Positions 27,830 through 35,729 of a stretch of DNA of 64,000 nt are shown here, in pieces. Position numbers and translations under genes: made by a program. Positions within the stretch are counted from its first letter, which is position 1; every line of letters starts with the position of its first letter. The DNA is from Planctomycetota bacterium (GTDB lineage Bacteria; Planctomycetota; UBA1135; UBA2386), in assembly GCA_020425925.1 (NCBI GenBank), contig JAGQRB010000534.1, positions 64-64,063 on the forward strand. Direction: 5' to 3'. Under the pieces are notes generated by a model. The model saw only the letters and a list, made by a program, of their open reading frames with translations, was not told the DNA's origin and ran no database searches.

Positions 27830-29131
27830 CTACTGCAGCCGCAGCTTGTACTGCTGGATCTTGCGATAGAGCGTCGCGCGCCCGATGCCGAGCAGCTGCG
27901 CGGCGCGGCGCACGTTGCCGCGAGTGGCGCGGAGCGCACGCGACAGCAGGTACTGCTCCTCTTCCTCGAACGGCCGGATCTCCTCTTCGCCGATGTCGCG
28001 ATCGAGGTCGCGCTCGGTCTGCAGCGGCGAAGCGGCGTGCGTGCCCGGTGCGACCACCGGCGTCGGGTTCGACGCGGCGACGTGCTCGCGGTCGATCTTG
28101 GCGCCACCGGCGAGCGCGTGGGCGCGCCGCACGACGGCTTCGAGCTGGGTCACGTTGCCCGGCCACTGCATGCTCTCGAGCAGCACGAGCGCCGCCGGCG
28201 TCATGCCGTTGGTCGGCCGACCCGACTGCGCCGAAGCGAGCAGCAGCACCGTCTCGGCGATCTCGCGGATGTCGTCGAGGCGCTCGCGCAGCGCCGGCAT
28301 CACCAGCGGGAACGCGTTGAGCCGGTAGTAGAGATCCTCACGGAAGGCGCCGCGCGCGATCGCCTCGGGCAGGTGCGCCGAGGTCGTGGCGACGATGCGG
28401 GCGGCACCCTGGCTGCGCGGCCCCGAGCGCTCCTTCAGGTGTTTGACGAGCACGGATTGCGCCGCCGTCGGCAGCAGGTCGACGGCTTCGAGCAGCAGCG
28501 TCGAGCCGCGGGCGGCGCCGAGGCTCGCTGTCATCGCGTCGGCATCGACGTCGGCGCAGTCGAGGATGTGGATCGGCTGGCTCGCGCGGCGGCTCTTGAC
28601 GTGGATCATGCGCGCGGCGAGCGACTTGCCGGTCCCGGCCGCGCCCTCGATCAACACCGTGGCCTCGCTGTCGGCGGCGCGGCTGATGCCGCTCTGCACG
28701 CGGCGCATGCTCGGGCAGTTGCCGGCGAGCACCTGGCCGTTGCGCAGCCCCTCGACGAGGCTCTCGAGTTCGGCGCGGCGGCGCGACTGCGCCCGCAGCT
28801 CGGTGCACAGCGCCGCGAGATGATCCATCGAGCGGGCGAGCGTCGCGATCGGCATGCCGTCGCGCACGTCCTCCGAGTCGCCGATCCCGAACGCCGGGCA
28901 ACCGAGCTCGGCGGGCAGGCCGCTGGCGCTGGCGACGTCGTAGAGCACGAGGTCCCAGACCCGGCCGTCGGCGCACGCAGCGCGATAGGCCTCCCAGCTG
29001 GGGAACGTCTCGTGGTCGTGCCCGGACCTGTCCAACAGGTCGGCGAGCTCGTTCCCGAGATCCTGTGCCACGACCGCGACGACGGCCTTCGCCGCGGTCG
29101 CCCCAGGTATTCCGATCAGTGCCGTCGTCAT
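27830..29131 (-). CDS. NtrC-family AAA+ / Fis-HTH transcriptional regulator with degenerate receiver, no GAFTGA loop and Walker B DE replaced by EA
   Basis: Walker A EGAAGTGKSLAARMIH, sensor GAFREDLYYRLN, WPGNVTQLE, C-terminal HTH GNVRRAAQLLGIGRATLYRKI. Only about 14 aa (VDADAMTASLGAAR) lie where about 33 aa including ELFGHEKGAFTGA normally sit. The Walker B region reads GSTLLLEAVD. Confidence 0.85.
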   Translation of the reverse strand: MTTALIGIPGATAAKAVVAVVAQDLGNELADLLDRSGHDHETFPSWEAYRAACADGRVWDLVLYDVASASGLPAELGCPAFGIGDSEDVRDGMPIATLARSMDHLAALCTELRAQSRRRAELESLVEGLRNGQVLAGNCPSMRRVQSGISRAADSEATVLIEGAAGTGKSLAARMIHVKSRRASQPIHILDCADVDADAMTASLGAARGSTLLLEAVDLLPTAAQSVLVKHLKERSGPRSQGAARIVATTSAHLPEAIARGAFREDLYYRLNAFPLVMPALRERLDDIREIAETVLLLASAQSGRPTNGMTPAALVLLESMQWPGNVTQLEAVVRRAHALAGGAKIDREHVAASNPTPVVAPGTHAASPLQTERDLDRDIGEEEIRPFEEEEQYLLSRALRATRGNVRRAAQLLGIGRATLYRKIQQYKLRLQ

Positions 29132-29275
29132 TCCCGTTTTCCCGTTCCTGGATCGGCTGCAACGGCCGCCGCGGTGAAGCCATGTTCGCGCCTCACCGCG
29201 TCTTGCGCCGAAGCGCCGATGCCAAGGGTCGGGCCGCCGGGGAGATTCGGCGGGCTACGGAATGACCCTGGGGTC

Positions 29276-29698
29276 TCAGTCGACGAGGCGACGCGCGAGC
29301 TCGTCGAAGTCGATGCTCGCGATGTCGTCCTTCTGGATCGGCGACATGCTGCGGAACTTGCGGTACTCCTCGATGCTGCTGAGCTCGACGTAGTCGCGGG
29401 CAGTCATCTCGTTCTTCGCCGAGGCGCGGACCGCGCGCTGAGGGCCCTTGCCCGCCGCCGCCCGCTCGAGCGTGTCATTCGCCCGATTGCAGATCGCGAG
29501 CGTGTTCTCGAGATTGCCGCGGATCTTCAGCAGGCGCTCCTCGTTGGCGCCAGGAACGTCCATGCTCTTGCTGATCTTGCCGATCGCGACCTCGAGGACC
29601 GCGATGAGACAGTTCAGCTTGGTGCTCAGACGAGCGCGGTATTCCGCAGAACTCAGCGCCTGGGGGAGGTCGGGATTGTCGTTCTTGTTGGTGTCCAT
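29276..29698 (-). CDS. Hypothetical 140-aa cytoplasmic helical protein, no family recognised
   Basis: ATG 29696-29698. No signal peptide. Charged and helical (LLKIRGNLENTLAICNRANDTLERAAAG; ends IASIDFDELARRLVD). Visibly lower GC than its neighbours, but GC-rich third codon positions are kept. The ORF-track start at 30634 is an extension. Confidence 0.55.
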   Translation of the reverse strand: MDTNKNDNPDLPQALSSAEYRARLSTKLNCLIAVLEVAIGKISKSMDVPGANEERLLKIRGNLENTLAICNRANDTLERAAAGKGPQRAVRASAKNEMTARDYVELSSIEEYRKFRSMSPIQKDDIASIDFDELARRLVD

Positions 29699-29733
29699 CG
29701 CGGGTTGCTGGTTGCTCCTGGTCGAGTGTCGAG

Positions 29734-29751
29734 AAGCACCCCACATGCCAA
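29734..29751 (-). promoter_or_regulatory. Sigma-54-like -24/-12 element upstream of the 140-aa gene
   Basis: The minus strand reads TTGGCATGTGGGGTGCTT. GG and GC have the canonical spacing of TGGCAC-N5-TTGC. It lies about 36-52 nt upstream of ATG 29698. Deviations are T for C at -21 and G for T at -15. The adjacent regulator lacks GAFTGA. Confidence 0.3.
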
Positions 29752-29898
29752 CCGCGATGCCGGCGCCCGGACGCCGATGCCATGGTGCGGATCGATCGGG
29801 CAACGCGCGGCACCACCCAGCGGACCGTCGAGCGATCCCGACTCCGGGCGTCGCGGCACTGCGACGGCGTCGCGGCGACGCGACGGCAGCCGCGCGGA

Positions 29899-30960
29899 TC
29901 AGCGCGAGCTGGTCTGCAGCGCCTGGACGTAGATCGCCTGGGCGAAGCCGTCGAGGCGCAGCAGCGAACCGCGTCCCGCCACCTGGAACGACACGCTCTC
30001 GTCCCAGAACAGCAGCACGCTCATCGCCGGATCGCGATAGCGCGCGATCGTGTGCGACGGTCCGGTCTTCTGGCGAACCGGCAGCGCACCGAACGAGTCC
30101 GACGTGCCCGGGGTCTCGACCACGAAGAACTGGTCGACACCGTCGGTGTAGCCGAGCAGCAGGGTCTGCCGGTTGTTCAGCGGGTCGGTGCGGACCTCGA
30201 CGCGGTGCATCTCGTACTCGTCGGTCGCCGTCGGCTTGGGCTCGACGAGGCCGCCCGGCGCCCCCATGAAGGTGCGCGCCGCGGTGAACGAGGGGTGCAC
30301 CGTCAGCGTGGTCGACCCAGCCTGTGCGCCGAGCTGCGCCGAGCCGACGAAGCTCACGGCCTCGATCTCCGACAGCATGCGCATGTGCGAGTCGTATTCC
30401 GCGCCGTAGAGCGGCACCTTGGTCGCGACGTCGACCTCGACGAACCAGATCGGCTTGTCGGGCCGCTGCGGGAACACCACACAGCGGCGGACGGCACGAC
30501 CGAGGCGTTGAGCCGGACCGTAGTCGTGCAGCGTGTAGTTGGCCCGCGCCCGGGCGAGGTCGCGAATCCGGAACATGCCGTGCTCGAAGAGCAGACGGCT
30601 GTGTTCGGCATAGGTCTGACTCCACTGCTGCCACACCACCGAGCCGGTGGGCTCCCCCTCGACGCCGCGGTAGTCGAGTTCGAAGTCCGGATGCGCGGTG
30701 CCGTTCGCATCGACGCGGACTTCTTCGCGCACCGCGATCACGCCGTTCGTCGTGAAGAAACGACGAAGCTCGACGATCGTGTAGTCCTGGACCCGCACCG
30801 CCTGCGCCATGCTCGCGAACGACACTGCGGCTGGCGCCGCCGCGCCGACATTCCCGACACCCTTTTGCGCCCGCACGAACGGGAGCGCGACCGCAAGCCC
30901 AAGCGCTGCCACGAGGCCACGCCAGGGAGTGCGGAATTTCACATCAGGGAAGGAATGCAT
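29899..30960 (-). CDS. MucB/RseB-like periplasmic sigma-E regulatory protein
   Basis: Signal peptide WRGLVAALGLAVALPFVRAQ. Layout and segments (RAVRRCVVFPQRPDKPIWFVEVDVATKVPLYGAEYDSHMRMLSEIEAVSF) parallel RseB. It lies downstream of the ECF sigma / anti-sigma pair. Confidence 0.55.
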   Translation of the reverse strand: MHSFPDVKFRTPWRGLVAALGLAVALPFVRAQKGVGNVGAAAPAAVSFASMAQAVRVQDYTIVELRRFFTTNGVIAVREEVRVDANGTAHPDFELDYRGVEGEPTGSVVWQQWSQTYAEHSRLLFEHGMFRIRDLARARANYTLHDYGPAQRLGRAVRRCVVFPQRPDKPIWFVEVDVATKVPLYGAEYDSHMRMLSEIEAVSFVGSAQLGAQAGSTTLTVHPSFTAARTFMGAPGGLVEPKPTATDEYEMHRVEVRTDPLNNRQTLLLGYTDGVDQFFVVETPGTSDSFGALPVRQKTGPSHTIARYRDPAMSVLLFWDESVSFQVAGRGSLLRLDGFAQAIYVQALQTSSR

Positions 30961-31029
30961 GGGGCGAGACGACGGGTCAGGATATTCACTTCATGGCGGC
31001 AGCGACAGCCCCCAATGGACCTCGCGGAA

Positions 31030-31048
31030 CGCCGAGGGGCGCTCGGCG
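31030..31048 (-). terminator. Intercistronic 7-bp GC hairpin directly after the anti-sigma stop
   Basis: CGCCGAG-gggcg-CTCGGCG at 31030-31048. The stop codon is at 31051-31053. There is no U-tract, so it may be an attenuator or processing signal rather than a terminator. Confidence 0.25.
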
Positions 31049-31050
31049 CA

Positions 31051-31716
31051 TCATTTCTGGCCTCCGTTCCGGAGGATGCTCATCGGGGAGTATCCGATCG
31101 TCGACAGATCACCGACGTCGGCGAAGTCAATCTCCGGTACCACCGGAGTCGAGGTGCGGGAACGCAGCAGGACGACGCTGAGCACGAGCGCCGCCGCGAA
31201 GCCCGTGGCGACCAGCCAGCGGGAGCGCGACGAACGCGGGAGCGCCGCCCCCACCGAGCCGCCGGCCCCGACCGAGCCGGCCAATACCGCGCTTCGCACC
31301 TGCCGCCACTCGGGCGCTGCGATCGGCACCGCGCGCAACCCCGCGGCGAGCTCGGGCGAGAGCTCGGGACCGGTCCAGTCGGCCCCAACCGGCGATGCCC
31401 CAACCACCGGCATCGCTCGCGCGAGCACACGCCCGAGCGGGCCCTCCTCACAGGCCTCGACGATGCGCTCGCGCACGCCGTCGAGCATCGCCGCCGCCCG
31501 CAGTTCGCTCGGCGGCGGTACCGGCTCGGCGAGCAGCTCCTGCAGGTGTGCCCGGCGTCGCAGCCAATCGCGGCAGAACGCACAGCCGTCGACATGATCG
31601 GCAGCGACATGATCGGCAGCGGGCACCGCGCCGCGCAGCATCGCGCGGCACGCCGCGGTCAGGCGCGCGGGCTGGCCGGGCTCTGGCTGGCCGGCCTCTG
31701 GGCGGGATGCGGTCAC
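31051..31716 (-). CDS. Anti-sigma factor, zf-HC2 type, single TM
   Basis: GTG 31716 overlaps the sigma gene stop (GTGA). H-x3-C-x2-C motif HVDGCAFC. TM WLVATGFAAALVLSVVLL. Short C-terminal tail. Confidence 0.7.
   Translation of the reverse strand: MTASRPEAGQPEPGQPARLTAACRAMLRGAVPAADHVAADHVDGCAFCRDWLRRRAHLQELLAEPVPPPSELRAAAMLDGVRERIVEACEEGPLGRVLARAMPVVGASPVGADWTGPELSPELAAGLRAVPIAAPEWRQVRSAVLAGSVGAGGSVGAALPRSSRSRWLVATGFAAALVLSVVLLRSRTSTPVVPEIDFADVGDLSTIGYSPMSILRNGGQK
31591..31620 (-). repeat. Perfect 15-bp in-frame tandem duplication inside the anti-sigma gene
   Basis: GACATGATCGGCAGC x2 encodes ADHVA-ADHV immediately before the zinc-finger His. A second, imperfect 15-bp tandem (GGCTGGCCGG[G/C]CTCT x2, about 31670-31700) encodes PEAGQ-PEPGQ. 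Confidence 0.9.
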
Positions 31717-32342
31717 CCCGCACCTCCCGCAGCCGGCGAATCAGGGGCCGCGTCGCTTGGATTCAGCTCAGGGAACCGCGTTCTGACAATGTTTTCGAGA
31801 GCGAGGTGGGCACGCGCCAGGCGTGATTTCACGGTTCCGAGCGACAATCCGAGCGTCGCGGCGAGTTCGTCGTAGGACATGTCTTCGAGGTAGCGCAGCG
31901 CCAGGATCACCCGCAGCTTGGGGCTGAGCATCGAGATCGCCAGCTGCACCTGATCGCCGAGCTCTCGCACGACGGCGTGGTCGCGCGGGCTGCCGCGTTC
32001 GTCGACGGGCTCGCCCGCGGGGTCGACGTTGTCGAGCGATACCGCGGGCCGCGCACCTTCGCGTCGGCGGTGGTCGATGCTGCAGTTGACCACGATGCGG
32101 AACAGCCAGGTGCTGAAGCGGGCGCCGCCGCGGAAGCTGTCGAGCTTGCGGAAGACCAGCGCGAAGCTCTCCTGCACGACATCCAGGGCGTCCGCGGCCG
32201 ATCCGGTGATCCGGAATGCGATCGCGTGCACACGATCCCGGTAGCGGGTGAACAGCGCCTCGAACGCGGCTTCGAACCCGTTTTGATCCGGCTGCTTACA
32301 CGCAGCGATCAGATCGGCGTCCGGGTCGCGAAGAAGTTCCAC
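31713..32342 (-). CDS. ECF RNA polymerase sigma factor (RpoE-like)
   Basis: GTG 32342. Region 2 ALDVVQESFALVFRKLDSFRGGARFSTWLFRIVVNCSIDHRRRE. Region 4 ILALRYLEDMSYDELAATLGLSLGTVKSRLARAH. Confidence 0.85.
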   Translation of the reverse strand: MELLRDPDADLIAACKQPDQNGFEAAFEALFTRYRDRVHAIAFRITGSAADALDVVQESFALVFRKLDSFRGGARFSTWLFRIVVNCSIDHRRREGARPAVSLDNVDPAGEPVDERGSPRDHAVVRELGDQVQLAISMLSPKLRVILALRYLEDMSYDELAATLGLSLGTVKSRLARAHLALENIVRTRFPELNPSDAAPDSPAAGGAG

Positions 32343-32433
32343 AAAGGGGATGACGGTCGGGCACCCGACCCGGTTCCGTGGAAATCCGTCCGTATGGGCC
32401 TCGGGGCGGAGCCCGAAGAGGCCGGAGTGCCCG

Positions 32434-33315
32434 TCAGAGGTTGCCGAGGCCGCCGGGAACGTTCACGAACCAACCGATCGACTGCTGGCAACTGATGTTG
32501 CACTCGAGGTCGTTGCAATCCTCGCAGTCGGCATCGACGACCTCGTAGAGCGAGCCGCCCTGGCCCTGCCCGGCGGGCTCGAGCGCGAGCACGCAGACCT
32601 TGTTCGACGTCGGCAGCACGATCGGCATGACGCCGATGCTCTGGAGCACGTGCCGGCCATCGCCGAACGGCACCAGCGAGCACGTGACGCCGGCGACATC
32701 GATCAGCCGCACACCGGTCCGGATCTGATTGCCGCCGATCATCGCCTCGGCCCGGATGCTGCACGGCAGGAAGTTGCGCAGCATCTGCTCCGAGACCATC
32801 GGCACCGAGATCTCGAGCCAGTAGCCGTCGTTGGTCGTGGTCCGATCGCGCATCTCGAGGTTGGCGAAGCTGAGCACGTTCAGCGGCAGCCGCACGCCGG
32901 GCAGCGCCGGGATCTCGATCCAGGTCGCGAATGACGAGATCAGGCTGGGATCGCCGAAGAAGCGGAAGAACAGGTGCAGGTAGGTCGGCGCCGAACTGCC
33001 GGGCGAGGGGCCGGTGAAGACGACCCGCATCTCGTGGTCCTGCGCCGCGGCCGTGCCGGGCTGGCGCGGTGAGCCGCGCTGGACCACCTCGACGTAGTCC
33101 GGCGAACCGTCGCCGTCGGTGTCCGGGTTGTTGGCGTCGGTCAAGACCGCCCACTCGACGACGTCCGGCAGGAAATCGCCGTCGGAGTCGAGCAGCAGAT
33201 CCTCACCGTTCGCCGCGACTGAGGGGAGCGCCCCCCGCGGCGTCAGCAGCCACGTCGCAGCCGCCGCGAAGGCGGCCGCCATGGCGAGAGTGGTGAGGAT
33301 TGGAACGCGAGTCAA
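32434..33315 (-). CDS. Secreted protein with thrombospondin-type-3-like Ca-binding Asp repeats and a Cys-rich C-terminus
   Basis: DSDGDFLPD and DANNPDTDGDGSPDY motifs. Hydrophobic N-terminus ILTTLAMAAAFAAAATWLL. The start is uncertain (TTG 33315, ATG 33282 or GTG 33366). The ORF-track start at 33606 runs antisense through the tRNA. Confidence 0.5.
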   Translation of the reverse strand: MTRVPILTTLAMAAAFAAAATWLLTPRGALPSVAANGEDLLLDSDGDFLPDVVEWAVLTDANNPDTDGDGSPDYVEVVQRGSPRQPGTAAAQDHEMRVVFTGPSPGSSAPTYLHLFFRFFGDPSLISSFATWIEIPALPGVRLPLNVLSFANLEMRDRTTTNDGYWLEISVPMVSEQMLRNFLPCSIRAEAMIGGNQIRTGVRLIDVAGVTCSLVPFGDGRHVLQSIGVMPIVLPTSNKVCVLALEPAGQGQGGSLYEVVDADCEDCNDLECNISCQQSIGWFVNVPGGLGNL

Positions 33316-33528
33316 AGCCTGTCCTGGACCGAGATGACCTAGCCCGGAAAGCAACGGGAGTTTCACGTCGGCGGGGTCTGCCGCACTCCCAGACGAATTG
33401 AACCCCAGGGAAACCGCGATGGCAACCGGGGGGCCCGGCGGCGGTCCCGATCTGAGGCCTACTAGGACGTCAACGACCGGGTGGAGTTGTCTTTCACAGA
33501 AAGCCCCGATAAGACCGTGGTCCGGCGA

Positions 33529-33605
33529 GCGCCCGTAGCTCAGCTGGATAGAGCGACGGCCTCCGGAGCCGTAGGTCAGAGGTTCGAATCCTCTCGGGCG
33601 TGCCA
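33529..33605 (+). tRNA. tRNA-Arg (anticodon CCG), CCA encoded
   Basis: GCGCCCG/TA/GCTC-AGCTGGATA-GAGC/G/ACGGC-CTCCGGA-GCCGT/AGGTC/AGAGG-TTCGAAT-CCTCT/CGGGCGT/G/CCA folds as a cloverleaf. The anticodon loop CU-CCG-GA gives CCG. The first acceptor pair is G:U. Confidence 0.9.
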
Positions 33606-33662
33606 CCTCCGAAATACGTCGAAGCGGATCCGGATCCCGTTTCCCCGCCGATCCGCCCGGCC

Positions 33663-35414
33663 GTGCCCGCCCTCGACTTCGACCTCGACGCTCGCCAGAC
33701 AGCGGACTGTAGACTCCGGCTCACGGTCGAGTTCGACCGTTCGATCGCGGCTGGCGAATCGCACGTCGAGTTCTTCCTGCCGGCCTGGACCCCGGGCAGC
33801 TACCTGATCCGCGAATACGCCCGCCACGTCGACCGGGTCGCAGCCGTCGACGCCGGCACCGGCTCCCCGCTGCGGTGTGACAAGGTCCGCAAGAACCGCT
33901 GGCGCATCGAACTGCCGACCGAGGTCGCCCGCATTCGCCTGGCCTGGTCGGTCTACGCCCACGAGCTGACGGTGCGCACCGCCGATGCCACCGCTGCACA
34001 CGCCTACTGGAACCACGCCTGCGTGCTGCTGTGGCCGGTCGATCGACCCGAGCTCGACGCCAGCCTCGAAGTGCGCATGCCGGACGGTTGGCGGGGTGAC
34101 AGTGCGCTGCCGTCGATCGCGCCGACGCGCGGCGGCGATGCCGCCTGGGCGATCGCGGACCTCGATCACGCGATCGACAGCCCCTGCCTGCTCGGCCGCG
34201 CCGCGCGCCTGGAGTTCACCGCGCTCGGGATCCCCCACACGGTCCTGCTCGACGGCCTCGACGGCATCGCGCCGGCTCCGGGTTTCGCCGCCGATCTCAC
34301 CGCGATCCTCGAAGCCGCGGCCGAGGTCTTCGACGGCGCTCTGCCGTACGAGCGCTACACGTTCTTCTGCCTGTTCGCCGACGAGGGCTACGGCGGCCTC
34401 GAGCACCAGAGCTCGTGCACCCTGCTCGCGAAGCGCACCGCGTTCGCGAAGCCCGCGAGCTACCGCGAGTTCCTCGCGCTCTGCGCCCACGAGCTGTTCC
34501 ACGCCTGGAACGTCAAACGGCTGCGACCGCGCGAGCTCTGGTCGTTCGACTACGAGAACGAGAACTACACGCGCATGCTCTGGCTCGCCGAGGGCTGGAC
34601 CGCCTACTACGACGACCTGCTGTGTCTGCGTGCCGGCCGCTTCACCGCGGAGCAGTACCTCGAGGTGGTGGCGAAGAACGTCCGGCGCGTGCTCGGCAAC
34701 CCCGGTCGTCTCCGGCTGTCGCTGTCCGATTCGAGTTTCGACGCCTGGATCCGGCTCTATCGGCCCGACGAGAACACCCGCAACTCGTCGCAGAACTACT
34801 ACGTCAACGGTGCCGTCGCCGCGATGTGTCTCGACCTCACGATCCGACGCCACAGCGATGGACGACACTGTCTCGACGACGTGCTGCGCGAGCTCTGGGC
34901 GACGACGTTCGAGCAGGGACGCGGCTACGAGCTCGAGGACGTGCTCGGTGCGATCGAACGCGTCGCCGACCGCGCCGCGCGCGAGCTGTTCGCGGCGATG
35001 ACGCAGGGCACCTTCGAGCCACCGGTCGCCGAGCTGTTGACCGCGTTCGGCATCACGTGCCGGATCGACACCGGCAAGGAACCGCAGCTCGGCGTCATGT
35101 TCGCGGCGGACTCGATGCGGCTCGCGAGCGTCACCGCCGACTCGCCGGCCGCGGCCGCAGGTCTGCAACCCGGCGACGAGCTCGTCGCCGTGCAGGGCCT
35201 GCGCACGACGAGCGCGCTGTGGCAGGACGTGTTCCGCGCGGTCGCGAAGAACGACGAGCCACTCGAGCTGCTGGTCGCGCGCCGCGGCGTGATGCTGACC
35301 CTGACGGCGCGGCCGCTGCCGAGTGCGCCCGAGGTCGAGCTCGCGATCGAACGCGACGCCGACGGCGAGCGCGCCGCGCTGCGCGCCGGCTGGCTGCGCC
35401 GTCGCGAGTCCTGA
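33663..35414 (+). CDS. M61 family glycyl aminopeptidase with C-terminal PDZ domain
   Basis: HELFHAWNVKRLRP (HExxH), LAEGWTAYYDD, LPAWTPGSYLIREY, PDZ-like AAGLQPGDELVAVQG. The frame is open from GTG 33600, but that codon lies inside the tRNA 3' end, so I use the in-frame GTG 33663. The start is uncertain. Confidence 0.85.
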   Translation: MPALDFDLDARQTADCRLRLTVEFDRSIAAGESHVEFFLPAWTPGSYLIREYARHVDRVAAVDAGTGSPLRCDKVRKNRWRIELPTEVARIRLAWSVYAHELTVRTADATAAHAYWNHACVLLWPVDRPELDASLEVRMPDGWRGDSALPSIAPTRGGDAAWAIADLDHAIDSPCLLGRAARLEFTALGIPHTVLLDGLDGIAPAPGFAADLTAILEAAAEVFDGALPYERYTFFCLFADEGYGGLEHQSSCTLLAKRTAFAKPASYREFLALCAHELFHAWNVKRLRPRELWSFDYENENYTRMLWLAEGWTAYYDDLLCLRAGRFTAEQYLEVVAKNVRRVLGNPGRLRLSLSDSSFDAWIRLYRPDENTRNSSQNYYVNGAVAAMCLDLTIRRHSDGRHCLDDVLRELWATTFEQGRGYELEDVLGAIERVADRAARELFAAMTQGTFEPPVAELLTAFGITCRIDTGKEPQLGVMFAADSMRLASVTADSPAAAAGLQPGDELVAVQGLRTTSALWQDVFRAVAKNDEPLELLVARRGVMLTLTARPLPSAPEVELAIERDADGERAALRAGWLRRRES

Positions 35415-35429
35415 AGTCGGACCACCCGG

Positions 35430-35711
35430 TCACAGCGAGCTGTGCGTGCCGTCACAGAACGGCGCGTTACCGCTCTTGCCGCAGGCGCACCAGACGACCG
35501 TCTTCGCCTCCTCGAGCACGATCTTGAGTGGCGTCACCGCCGAACCGCGGTGGGTGCCGTCGCAGAGCGGATAGCGCGCGCTCGCGCCGCAGCGGCACCA
35601 GGCGTGTTTGCCCGGCCCGCAGCGCATCACGAACGGGTGCTTCTGCCGCCGTCCGGGCGGCCGGGGCGACTCGGGTGGTTCAGGCGGTGCGGGCAGATCG
35701 GGTTCGGTCAT
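35430..35711 (-). CDS. CDGSH iron-sulfur domain protein (two CDGSH-type motifs)
   Basis: CRCGASARYPLCDGTH and CACGKSGNAPFCDGTH both fit C-x-C-x2-S/T-x3-P-x-C-D-G-S/T-H. It lies 18 nt downstream of lexA on the same strand. Confidence 0.85.
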   Translation of the reverse strand: MTEPDLPAPPEPPESPRPPGRRQKHPFVMRCGPGKHAWCRCGASARYPLCDGTHRGSAVTPLKIVLEEAKTVVWCACGKSGNAPFCDGTHSSL

Positions 35712-35729
35712 CTGGCGCCCGGAAACCGA

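Noticed and set aside
33316-33605. tRNA-Arg as an integration site for a genomic island
   Set aside because: I found no integrase, no direct repeat of the tRNA 3' end and no phage or IS genes on either side. The flanking genes are ordinary chromosomal types.
33600-33662. M61 peptidase start at GTG 33600
   Set aside because: That codon lies inside the 3' acceptor/CCA end of tRNA-Arg. An in-frame GTG at 33663 gives an N-terminus consistent with the family. The exact start remains unverified.
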